Origin: Bdellovibrio sp.
GTDB lineage: Bacteria; Bdellovibrionota; Bdellovibrionia; Bdellovibrionales; Bdellovibrionaceae
NCBI GenBank assembly: GCA_036677065.1
Contig: JAKFBS010000004.1
Span: 512,001-576,000, forward strand
DNA: 64,000 nucleotides
Direction: 5' to 3'
The position numbers and the translations under genes were made by a program. Below are positions 28,862-37,764 of the stretch, piece after piece. Numbering within the stretch: the first letter of the stretch is position 1; each line of letters starts with the position of its first letter. Under the pieces are notes generated by a model that did not search any database, was not told where the DNA came from, and saw only the letters and a list, made by a program, of their open reading frames with translations.

Positions 28862-30652
28862 ATGAATTCATCAATTAAACGAAAAATCATGTTTCTACTG
28901 AGTATCACCAGTTTGCTTTCTTCCAGCGTTTTTTTGATCTATTCAATCAACGTCTTTGAAAAAGATAAAATTGCTTACATCTACGATAGCAATAGTGTGT
29001 ATTTAGAAACGATTACGAACCAGTTTAAGAATGAATTAAAACTATCTGCAGAAATTTCAAAAAAATACCTATCTGAATACCAAAGAAATAAAGCTTTTCG
29101 TTCTGGCGATAGTATCTTCTTAGATGACGATTCTTTCGTTAAAGGATTGTTCTTGGTTGATATCACTTCACAGGCCCAGCCAAAGCTTGTTGATAAAATC
29201 ACAACGAAAGCCAATTTTACTTTTAAGCTTACAGAAGATGTGGGTTTCATTAAATCAATTTCAAGAACACTAGCTGATTCAAAATCAATGTTCTTGGGTG
29301 GTGAAGAAGTTTTTGTCAGTGATATCGTTTATGATGGTGATGAAAAGATTGCGTTAGTGACGGTATTTAAATCTGATGCCCTACAAAGTTTTTTTGAATC
29401 TGATAAAGCTTATAGTTCATTCATGATCAACATGAATGGTGAAGTGTTTCGCCAAACGCAAAACTTAAACGCAGGTTATTTAAAAGAGCAATTTCCTGAT
29501 TTATTCAAAAAACTGGATTCAATCAAAATGGGAACCAGCGAAATCACATCACAAGATTCTGATGAGTGGTTGTTATCATCTTCAGGTCTTGGTTTAAATG
29601 ATTTGTATCTATTAACGCTGACGAATAAAAAAGAAGCCTTCGGGGTTTTGACGTATTTAATTAATAAATCGTTAATCGTGTTTTTAATGGTTTTATCCGG
29701 TGTGGTCTTAGTAAGCCAGTTTGCATCAACTTATATTACCAAACGTATTTTAGTTCTTTACGATGCTGCGAAACAAATCATCAGTGGTAATTTTAAAGTA
29801 AATATTGAAGTTAAAGGTAATGACGAGATTTCGTTATTGTCGCAGACGTTCAATCATATGGCGGTCGAGATCGTTAAACTTTTAGAAGATACAGCGCAAA
29901 GTGCGCGTCTTGAAGCCGAGCTTAAAACGGCTCAAGCGGTACAACAAACGCTGTTTCCTCCGTCGCATTCAAAATTTGAATGTGGTGAAATCCATGGTTC
30001 ATACCAATCAGCTTCTGAGTGCGGTGGCGACTGGTGGCACTATTTTGAAAGCGAAACTAAAATTTGGGTATGGATGGCTGATGCCACAGGGCATGGAGCA
30101 CCAGCCGCTTTAATCACGAGTGCGATTAAGTCTGCAGTGGCGATGACCGAGAATTTAAAAATGGAACCGGCTATAGCGATTGAGCTGGTTAATAAATCAA
30201 TTTGCCAAGTTTCAAAAAACAAAATGATGATGACTTGCTTTTTAGGTGTGATCGATAAGGCGTCTAAAGTTATTCATTACGTCAATGCCTCTCATGAAGC
30301 GCCATTTATCTTAAGCAAGCGCACCGATTTAAAGAAAAAAGATTTACGCTTTTTGGATAATTCTAAATGTAATCGTTTAGGGCAATCTGCGACTTCAGAA
30401 TACACGGTCGCGAGTGAACAATTAGAGGCCGGCGATCGTATTTTTGTTTATACGGATGGTATTCCTGATATCCGAAATAAAGCTGAAGAGTCATTGCAAG
30501 AGCGCGGTATGTTTAGAGTGGTTTTAGAAAATCATAACAAAGGCGTCGGCGTGACTGAGTTCATTACTGGCATTCAGGCTCAATTTGATACTTACCGTGA
30601 AAATACAGAGCTTATCGATGACGTTACTTTCTTTGCTGTGGATTTAACATGA
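28862..30652 (+). CDS. membrane SpoIIE/PP2C phosphatase with periplasmic sensor domain and HAMP
   Basis: Two TM; HAMP DEISLLSQTFNHM; GGDWW; DATGHG; YTDG; DDVT. Confidence 0.93.
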   Translation: MNSSIKRKIMFLLSITSLLSSSVFLIYSINVFEKDKIAYIYDSNSVYLETITNQFKNELKLSAEISKKYLSEYQRNKAFRSGDSIFLDDDSFVKGLFLVDITSQAQPKLVDKITTKANFTFKLTEDVGFIKSISRTLADSKSMFLGGEEVFVSDIVYDGDEKIALVTVFKSDALQSFFESDKAYSSFMINMNGEVFRQTQNLNAGYLKEQFPDLFKKLDSIKMGTSEITSQDSDEWLLSSSGLGLNDLYLLTLTNKKEAFGVLTYLINKSLIVFLMVLSGVVLVSQFASTYITKRILVLYDAAKQIISGNFKVNIEVKGNDEISLLSQTFNHMAVEIVKLLEDTAQSARLEAELKTAQAVQQTLFPPSHSKFECGEIHGSYQSASECGGDWWHYFESETKIWVWMADATGHGAPAALITSAIKSAVAMTENLKMEPAIAIELVNKSICQVSKNKMMMTCFLGVIDKASKVIHYVNASHEAPFILSKRTDLKKKDLRFLDNSKCNRLGQSATSEYTVASEQLEAGDRIFVYTDGIPDIRNKAEESLQERGMFRVVLENHNKGVGVTEFITGIQAQFDTYRENTELIDDVTFFAVDLT

Positions 30653-31410
30653 GTAATATATTTCACTTAGGCAAAGTCGAAGCAGACAAACAAGTCACTG
30701 ATGTATTCGGTGATAGCGAACTTTCTTGCAATTATAAAGTGACTGACAATATGTCTGCATTAGATTGTTTAAGCTTAATACGTGACCGTAAGGTAACTCA
30801 TATTGTACAAAATTCAATACAGGGCTTAACAGATAAATTACAATTTTTAAAAGCTGTAGATTATAAACGCGAAGACTATTTTGACCCGAATTTAAGTTTA
30901 TTAAATACGGATGTAGTGTGTGTGCCGTTTACTTTAACTGAAGACCGTTCAGATGTGATTCAAAAAGCTTTTTCTTTAGCGTATTTAGATTTAGACATGA
31001 CCAAGTACCAATATTTATTTCAGGTGGCTACAGAGCTGGTGATGAATGCCCAGATCGATGCCCCAAAGATTTCTCAAAAAACAAGTGTTCCGAATTCGAT
31101 GTTAATTGTTGAAAAGAATATGGCTAAAGGGCTTGTCTCAATTTCTACAATTGATCATTATGGCAGTCTTGATCCATACAAAATGTTAGAAAATATCTAT
31201 GCCGCCCATATGCATGGATTTCGTGACTCGATGTCAAAAAATTCAATCGGTGCAGGCTTGGGCTCAGCGTTGATCTATGAACACGTCGATTCATTAATTA
31301 TGGGGGTTGTACCTGATGTGATGACTCGCGTTTCGGCGGTGTTGCCTTACGGTATTTCTGAGAAAAAAATTAACCAAATTCAAAAATCTATACATATCAT
31401 TAAGGGATAA
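30649..31410 (+). CDS. GHKL/HATPase-like Ser kinase (anti-sigma/switch kinase-like)
   Basis: N-box ATELVMNA; DHYGSL; GAGLG; no HisKA domain; ATGA overlap with the PP2C gene. Confidence 0.7.
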   Translation: MSNIFHLGKVEADKQVTDVFGDSELSCNYKVTDNMSALDCLSLIRDRKVTHIVQNSIQGLTDKLQFLKAVDYKREDYFDPNLSLLNTDVVCVPFTLTEDRSDVIQKAFSLAYLDLDMTKYQYLFQVATELVMNAQIDAPKISQKTSVPNSMLIVEKNMAKGLVSISTIDHYGSLDPYKMLENIYAAHMHGFRDSMSKNSIGAGLGSALIYEHVDSLIMGVVPDVMTRVSAVLPYGISEKKINQIQKSIHIIKG

Positions 31411-31414
31411 AAAT

Positions 31415-31885
31415 ATGTCAAAACTACAATTCTCGACAGCACAAGAAAACGGAAAAACAGTTCTAACATTAATCGGGCAAATTGATGAAAGTTTTCCGCC
31501 AGAACTTCATAATTTAAAACCTGCTGGTGACATGGTTATTAACATGGATCAGGTTAAGATGATCAATTCTTTAGGAATTCGTGAATGGATCAAATTTATG
31601 AGTTCGGTAGCAGCAACAAAAATTGAATTTGTAAAATGCCCTAAAATTTTTATTGATCAGGTGAATATGGTTCAGGGTTTTATTACTCCGAACTGCAAAA
31701 TCACATCTTTTTATGTGCCCTATTTTAATGAAGACAGTAACGTTGAAAAAAACGTGCTGTATTCGTTCGGTAAAGAATTCGGCGATGGCTTTTTAAATGT
31801 AGCTGGCAGCACGAAAGGTGATGACGGCAGTGAATTAGACTTAGACGTTGTTGAGCAAAAATATTTCAAATTTTTAAAGAATTGA
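31415..31885 (+). CDS. STAS-like (anti-anti-sigma-like) protein
   Basis: L.GQIDE; INMDQVKMINSLGIREW with conserved phosphoacceptor Ser. Confidence 0.75.
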   Translation: MSKLQFSTAQENGKTVLTLIGQIDESFPPELHNLKPAGDMVINMDQVKMINSLGIREWIKFMSSVAATKIEFVKCPKIFIDQVNMVQGFITPNCKITSFYVPYFNEDSNVEKNVLYSFGKEFGDGFLNVAGSTKGDDGSELDLDVVEQKYFKFLKN

Positions 31886-31890
31886 GAGCA

Positions 31891-33441
31891 ATGAAGTTAG
31901 CAGCAATTTTCTTAACATTATTTATGCCGATGGCAGTTTTGGCTGAAGCACCAAAGCTTCCGTTTGTTTTTCTTAACCAATATTTTGAGTATGATGTGTC
32001 TGAAGGCAAGATCTTTAGCATCGGTGGTCATAAGATTGATTGGAATGATGACTTTGCTCAAATCGTTGATGGAAAATTAGTTATTAAAAAACAAGAGATC
32101 CTTTTAGCGGGTCTTTGGACGATCAATTTAAAAAATGCAAAGAACAAAGTGGTTTTTACAGTTAAGCAAACTGATTTAAATGCTTTAAGAACATTCGTTT
32201 TGCCAGTCAGTGCAACAGCCGCGATTATGACTGTGCCAGAACCCGCATCAGCGGATGTCAGCGGTACGGCTGAAGTTGCAGTCATGCCAACAATTGCTCC
32301 AGGTACTACGGTATGCTTGTCATCGCGTAATTTAATTACCCAGTACTTAATGTGTAAAAGTTTAACTCCGGTGCCTTCAGTAGAGAGTGAAGCGCAATAC
32401 CCTGAAGTCGCTATCAGTAAGAAAAAAGCTAACAAATTTGGCCGGGTTATTTTAAATCAACCTAAAAAAAGTATTCTATTCGATGTTAAAGTAAATCAAG
32501 TTGAATCGATTAAACTGACAACACGTAAACGTCTTATTATTCCGTCTACAGTAAAGAAAAATGTAGCTCGTAAAGATTACCAAATTAAATTTGTCGATAT
32601 GGAATGGGATAACTATTCTTGGGAAACAAATGTGGGTTATGATCAAGAGGCATTTCGTGTTCCTAATGACAATCTAGTAACTGTATATCAAGATTATTTT
32701 AATAAAGATCATTCAAATAAAGAATTAGACCTTGTGTATTATGTGCCGCCATATAAACGGATGAAAATTATGAATATGTATTCGTTTTCGCCGTTTTTCG
32801 GGTTCTCAAAATTTGCCGGAAACACGCGTACGAAAAATGTATCAATCTTATCTGAATACGATATCAGTCTGCGCACTTATATTATGATGCAAATGCCGAA
32901 AGAGCAAAAATGGAAATGGTTTACTCAGTACTTTCATTTTTGGACGGCTTCTGCGAATTTTCGTTCGATTAAATATGTATCTGAAGCCAGTAGCGTAACC
33001 ATTGCTAATCCAAGTGGATTTTTATACAACTTTTCTGGTTCGGTGAATCGCGCCTATAATGATCGTATTAGTTACGCGTTTCGCGCGGCCATAGAAAAGA
33101 ACACGGCCATTGATTATCAATCGGCGGTGGCGTCGCAGGTCAATATGAGTTCAGTTTTAAATAAAGAGATCGGCTTGCAGGGAAGTCTTAACCTGTATGA
33201 TAAAGGTCGCTTTGTAAGCTTTTTACATGCGGGTTATTCAATGCTGCTGCCGACTGATATTTCAGGAAGCACGTCGAAAATTGGCTCGCGTACTTATTTT
33301 CGTACAGATTTGCACTATGCAGACGGCAATAAACTTTTCGGCGTAGGATTTCACTATAATTTACGTGATCAGCAGACAGCGTTACAAAAGTTAAAAGATC
33401 AGTCGTTTGATTACACAGCCAGTTACTCAGTCGCGTTTTAA
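31891..33441 (+). CDS. exported protein with probable C-terminal outer-membrane beta-barrel
   Basis: Signal peptide; aromatic-rich alternating strands in the C-terminal half; ends YSVAF (terminal Phe). Confidence 0.65.
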   Translation: MKLAAIFLTLFMPMAVLAEAPKLPFVFLNQYFEYDVSEGKIFSIGGHKIDWNDDFAQIVDGKLVIKKQEILLAGLWTINLKNAKNKVVFTVKQTDLNALRTFVLPVSATAAIMTVPEPASADVSGTAEVAVMPTIAPGTTVCLSSRNLITQYLMCKSLTPVPSVESEAQYPEVAISKKKANKFGRVILNQPKKSILFDVKVNQVESIKLTTRKRLIIPSTVKKNVARKDYQIKFVDMEWDNYSWETNVGYDQEAFRVPNDNLVTVYQDYFNKDHSNKELDLVYYVPPYKRMKIMNMYSFSPFFGFSKFAGNTRTKNVSILSEYDISLRTYIMMQMPKEQKWKWFTQYFHFWTASANFRSIKYVSEASSVTIANPSGFLYNFSGSVNRAYNDRISYAFRAAIEKNTAIDYQSAVASQVNMSSVLNKEIGLQGSLNLYDKGRFVSFLHAGYSMLLPTDISGSTSKIGSRTYFRTDLHYADGNKLFGVGFHYNLRDQQTALQKLKDQSFDYTASYSVAF

Positions 33442-34910
33442 AACCAGCCAAATAAACCTTTGCTGACCGGATAATTTTTAATATTCGGGTCAGCAGAAGT
33501 CGCGCGTTTTAGCGCCACCTCGGCCTGGCTATCTTGTTTTTTTGATTTTAACAGCATGTAATTCACGTAGTGATAATCAGCTGTTGTCATGTCTTCTGGA
33601 AGAATATTTAAGAATTCTTTTTCTAACGTGCCCATTGAAATCTGGGTGCCTTTAAAAAGCGATAAACCTAAGTGAGCCCATGCCGAATACATCTGTAAAC
33701 AGCTTACGCTGGTCATAGAGTCTTTGTGTTTTTTTACAAGCGCTAAGGCTTCGCTATAACGTTGCGCTAACAGAAGAGATTTAATTGGCTTCACATCAAC
33801 AGTTTTAGGCTGTGCGGGCTTTTTTTCTGGAGCCACTTCGTTAATGGCGTTCGAATTTTTAATAGTTCTGAAATTAATTAATAAATTAAGAACTCTTTTG
33901 TCGATTTCTAATTTAAACTCACTGGCTAGAGTCTCTGGCCCAAGAAAAGATTTTTGCAGCTCTTCGTAAATGGCCTCGATATTATTAGCATCTTGTTTGG
34001 TAATCAGACTCAGTTGGTAAGCCAGGTCTAAGCCAGTTTTGTTCATGATCAGTTTATAAATATGTTTGATTTTTAATTCATATGAATCTTCTTCAGCAGA
34101 AGGCTCAATCTGAATCCATTTTAATAACATTAAAAAATGCAGAGCTTTAAAAAGATTTTTATTATTTTCAAACAATAAAGCTAAGTCACTGATTTTTTGA
34201 CCATCGATGATCTCTAAAAAATTTGAGTTGAATAAACTTAAAACTGAATATTTTTGAGAATCAGCAGGTCGAAAATAACTAAAATTTACCGTGACCACAT
34301 AATTGTAATATTCAAGATAATGAGCATTTAACCAGTCGTGCGAAAACTTACTTAAAATCCAGTCATGCACTAATAAATGAAATTGTTCGATATTAAGTTC
34401 AGAAGATTTTATTTTTGTTTGTGATTCTTTAATGCGAATCGAAAACTGCTCATCGCTGATAAGTTTCGAAAGACGGCTACGGGATTGGGTTAATAATACA
34501 GAGCCGATTTGTTCTTTGTTGATGATGCCACGCTGAACTAAATAGGCCCCGATAGGTACGCCGGTTTGTTCTTTAAGAGCTTGTTCAAGCTGCTGTTGGG
34601 TAATTAAGCGGTGATTGACAAGCAGAGTACCGATACGTGTATCAGTGTCTGAAAGTTCAATGAATTGAATCTGACCTTCCTGAAATACAACAGCGTTAAT
34701 TTGTCCGGTTTTAGTTTCAAGTTCTACGCGGCCGCTTAAACTGTATTTTTGAAACAGAATGATAATTGCGGTAATGTCATAACCATAACAAGATTTAAGT
34801 TTTTCAATATCGGCAAGAATTTTAGGACCATTTGTATGCACAGAGAAAAGGTTTTGGTAAAACCTTGCGCGGGTTGAATCTAAATCCATAGCTGTTCCAG
34901 TTGATGACAT
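33438..34910 (-). CDS. DUF4388-like + MshEN-like + C-terminal TPR-like protein
   Basis: SGRVEL...VVFQEGQI; tandem RIGTLLVNHRLITQQQLEQALKEQ / PIGAYLVQRGIINKEQIGSVLLTQ. Confidence 0.7.
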   Translation of the reverse strand: MSSTGTAMDLDSTRARFYQNLFSVHTNGPKILADIEKLKSCYGYDITAIIILFQKYSLSGRVELETKTGQINAVVFQEGQIQFIELSDTDTRIGTLLVNHRLITQQQLEQALKEQTGVPIGAYLVQRGIINKEQIGSVLLTQSRSRLSKLISDEQFSIRIKESQTKIKSSELNIEQFHLLVHDWILSKFSHDWLNAHYLEYYNYVVTVNFSYFRPADSQKYSVLSLFNSNFLEIIDGQKISDLALLFENNKNLFKALHFLMLLKWIQIEPSAEEDSYELKIKHIYKLIMNKTGLDLAYQLSLITKQDANNIEAIYEELQKSFLGPETLASEFKLEIDKRVLNLLINFRTIKNSNAINEVAPEKKPAQPKTVDVKPIKSLLLAQRYSEALALVKKHKDSMTSVSCLQMYSAWAHLGLSLFKGTQISMGTLEKEFLNILPEDMTTADYHYVNYMLLKSKKQDSQAEVALKRATSADPNIKNYPVSKGLFGWF

Positions 34911-35001
34911 TGCTATGACAATTTTAGTCTAATTTCACTCTGCGAGAAAGCATTACGATTGCGCTTGGCCTAAAGGCCAGTTGATTGTACTTAATTGACC
35001 C

Positions 35002-35025
35002 ATTTGTAGCTTGCAAGCTACAAAT
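35002..35025. promoter_or_regulatory. perfect 24-bp palindromic operator
   Basis: ATTTGTAGCTTG/CAAGCTACAAAT, 5 bp before the HTH gene start. Confidence 0.75.
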
Positions 35026-35030
35026 TAACT

Positions 35031-35327
35031 ATGTCAAAAGCGCAAATGTACAAACAAGCTATCATCAAAGAGACTTTAAAACGTAATCCTCATTCTGAGA
35101 TTGTCTACTTGCAAAGTGCCATTGATGAGTCACAGAATGCCGATGAAATTCTATTAGCGATGCGAACGGTAGCGTCAGCTCGTGGTTTTAAAAAATTTGC
35201 TGAAGAAGCTGATTTGAACCGCGAAAATCTTTATCGCGTGCTTTCTGAGAACGGCAATCCAAGATTAGATACTTTTTTAAAATTAATTGATCTTATGGGT
35301 TTTAAATTAAGTCTTAAACCGAAATAA
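35031..35327 (+). CDS. HTH addiction-module antidote protein (HI1420-like), no adjacent toxin
   Basis: YLQSAIDE...LLAMRTVASARG...AEEADLNRENLYRVLSENGNPRLDTF. Confidence 0.85.
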   Translation: MSKAQMYKQAIIKETLKRNPHSEIVYLQSAIDESQNADEILLAMRTVASARGFKKFAEEADLNRENLYRVLSENGNPRLDTFLKLIDLMGFKLSLKPK

Positions 35328-35463
35328 CTTTGTTTGTTATAAGCTACACCTCTAACGCCACAGCAAAAGGGCAATGCGCCTCAATTTATCAATACGGGCA
35401 TTCATTAAATCGTTTTTATATTCCGCACGATTTTTGCTGATTTTATCTTGCTGGAGGTCATAT

Positions 35464-35883
35464 ATGAATGCAAAAAATTTCGCCCTTGTGGGTGGTATTG
35501 TGATGTTAGTGCTAGGAGCGTTATCTTTGATTCCGGCATTTACAGGATTATCATTTGGTTTACCGATACTAAAAGTTGAAACAAGTTATGGTCTATTTTT
35601 GGGAATTTTTCCGTTAAATATTATCAATAAGGCTATTTTAATTGGATTCGGCTTGTGGGGAATCGCCGCAGCAAGCGATCCAGCTCTTGGTGTTCCGCGC
35701 TCGATTACGTTTTCACGTTCGCTGTTTGTTTTATCTGCGGTTTTTGCGGTGTTAGGTTTGTTTCCGCAAACTAATACGTTATTTGGCTTCGCTCCATTAT
35801 TTGGAGCAGGAATCTGGTTACATTCTGTGATGGCGTTATTGAGCGGAATCTTCGGGTATAGCGTGGTGAGACGCACGGTTTAA
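35464..35883 (+). CDS. DUF4383-like membrane protein
   Basis: GGAGG RBS then MNAKNF; YGLFLGIFPLN; NTLFGFAPLFG..WLH. Confidence 0.75.
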   Translation: MNAKNFALVGGIVMLVLGALSLIPAFTGLSFGLPILKVETSYGLFLGIFPLNIINKAILIGFGLWGIAAASDPALGVPRSITFSRSLFVLSAVFAVLGLFPQTNTLFGFAPLFGAGIWLHSVMALLSGIFGYSVVRRTV

Positions 35884-35887
35884 GCTT

Positions 35888-37030
35888 GTGACGTTACAAA
35901 CATGGAGTGACGTAAAATTTTACTTTACTGGTGATGGGTACTTTCAATCTATCTTAGAAAGAATTCGGGCCGCGGTTCGTGAAGTTCGCATTGAAATGTA
36001 TATGTTTAATTTTGACGAGCTCGGCAAAGCCGTCTTAGAAACTTTAAAACAGGCAAGGCTTCGCGGTGTTGAAGTTTATTTGCTTGTCGACGGTATCGGA
36101 TCGATTGGCCATTTAGCTGATCTGGATGATTATTGTCGCCAGAATAAAATTCATTTTAAAATTTATCATCCGGTGCCAATTCGCTTACATTTTTTACAAA
36201 GGTTTTCATTTAAAGCTCTAACCTGGAAAAACATTCGCTGGTTTTTTATCATGTTTCGTAAAATGAATAACCGCGATCACAGAAAAGTTTTTTTAATCGA
36301 TCAGAAAATCGCTTTTGTCGGCAGTCAGAATGTTAGTAAAGTTCATAGTGAAACCTTAACGCCCCATGGAAAAGCCTGGCGCGACACCGGTGTTGAAGTG
36401 CAGGGCGCGCCTGTAGATCAGCTTGTCAGCACCAGCGAATTTTCTTGGAATAAGGCCAAGCATGGTCTTTCGTATTCATGGCGATTTCATGAACACGTTT
36501 TACGGTTAAGTTCACGCCGTAAACATCGCCTGTCGCGCCTGCGCGAAATGATAAAGTCATTTAATGAAGCCCAGCAAAGAATCTGGATCACGACCGCTTA
36601 TTTTTTACCTAATCGTAAAACTCTAAAGTCTTTAGGAAGCGCCGCCCGCCGGGGTGTTGATGTAGCATTATGTTTACCGGCAAAAAGTGATATCCCGTTT
36701 ATGAAATGGACATCAAAGCTTTTGTATGGCCGCTTATTAAAAGCCGGCGTTAAAATTTATGAATATCAAGACCGGGTTTTGCATGCAAAATCTTTGATCG
36801 TCGATAATTGGGGAACGGTGGGCACGTATAACTTTAATCATCGCAGTCTTATTCATGATTTAGAAGTTGAAGTCGTGATCGACCAGCCACAGTGGATCGA
36901 AAATCTTGAGCGCCAGTGGCAGATAGATCTTAAAAAATCAAAATTAATTAAACCTGACGGCAAAGGGTATTCAAATATTTTTTTACGGGGCATCGCGAAC
37001 ATTTTTTATTGGTTTAGGTATTGGTTATGA
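35888..37030 (+). CDS. clsB: cardiolipin synthase (PLD superfamily, ClsB-like)
   Basis: Two HKD motifs (DHRKVFLID, LHAKSLIVD); WRDTGV; ITTAYFLP; no N-terminal TM. Confidence 0.88.
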   Translation: MTLQTWSDVKFYFTGDGYFQSILERIRAAVREVRIEMYMFNFDELGKAVLETLKQARLRGVEVYLLVDGIGSIGHLADLDDYCRQNKIHFKIYHPVPIRLHFLQRFSFKALTWKNIRWFFIMFRKMNNRDHRKVFLIDQKIAFVGSQNVSKVHSETLTPHGKAWRDTGVEVQGAPVDQLVSTSEFSWNKAKHGLSYSWRFHEHVLRLSSRRKHRLSRLREMIKSFNEAQQRIWITTAYFLPNRKTLKSLGSAARRGVDVALCLPAKSDIPFMKWTSKLLYGRLLKAGVKIYEYQDRVLHAKSLIVDNWGTVGTYNFNHRSLIHDLEVEVVIDQPQWIENLERQWQIDLKKSKLIKPDGKGYSNIFLRGIANIFYWFRYWL

Positions 37031-37764
37031 AAATAAAAGTAATGACATATAATATTCATAAAGGTTTTTCGACGGGCGGAATAAAATATATTTTGCGCAC
37101 CATTAAAGAAGCCTTAAGTACAACAGCGGCAGATATCGTTTTGTTGCAAGAAGTGGTCGGTGAGCACCGCAAAAGTGAAGAAAAAGATTGGCCCACAGAA
37201 AGTCAGTTTGAATATCTGGCTGATCAACTGTGGTCACACTATTCATATGCCAAAAATGCAATTTTTTCGCAATTTCATTACGGCAATGCTATCTTAAGCC
37301 GGTTTCCGATTGTTCAAGAAAAACACACCGTAATGTCGACCAATCGTTTTGAACAACGTGGGTTGTTGCACTGTGAAGTTGAAATACCGGATTCAAAACA
37401 AAAGATTCATTTGTATAATGTGCATTTAGATTTGTTACGCCGTGGGCGTAGAATTCAATACAAAAAAATCGTTTCTCAGATTCATCTGGATGTGAATGAA
37501 AAGGAGCGATTTATATTAGCCGGGGATTTTAATGATTGGACCGGAGAATTAAATCAGATGTTTATTGAAGAGTTGGGTTTAGAAGAGGCGCACACTAAGT
37601 TTCATAATCGTCCGGCTAAGTCGTTCCCGAGTTTTTTTCCGATGTTAACTCTAGACCGAATGTATTCGCGCAATATGGATATTTTAAACTGCAAGGCGCT
37701 GATCGGAAAACCTTGGGCAAAGTTATCCGATCATATTCCCTTATTAGTTGAGTATGCTTTGTAA
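37027..37764 (+). CDS. ybhP: endonuclease/exonuclease/phosphatase family protein (YbhP-like)
   Basis: TYNIHKG; LLQEV; GNAILSRFP; AGDFNDW; LDRMY; SDHIPL. Confidence 0.88.
   Translation: MKIKVMTYNIHKGFSTGGIKYILRTIKEALSTTAADIVLLQEVVGEHRKSEEKDWPTESQFEYLADQLWSHYSYAKNAIFSQFHYGNAILSRFPIVQEKHTVMSTNRFEQRGLLHCEVEIPDSKQKIHLYNVHLDLLRRGRRIQYKKIVSQIHLDVNEKERFILAGDFNDWTGELNQMFIEELGLEEAHTKFHNRPAKSFPSFFPMLTLDRMYSRNMDILNCKALIGKPWAKLSDHIPLLVEYAL

Noticed and set aside
35423..35438. sigma54-like CCGCAC-N5-TTGCT before the DUF4383 gene
   Set aside because: Lacks the invariant GG at -24
35888..37764. PLD plus EEP nuclease as an anti-phage system
   Set aside because: Motifs match the ordinary clsB/ybhP lipid-metabolism pair
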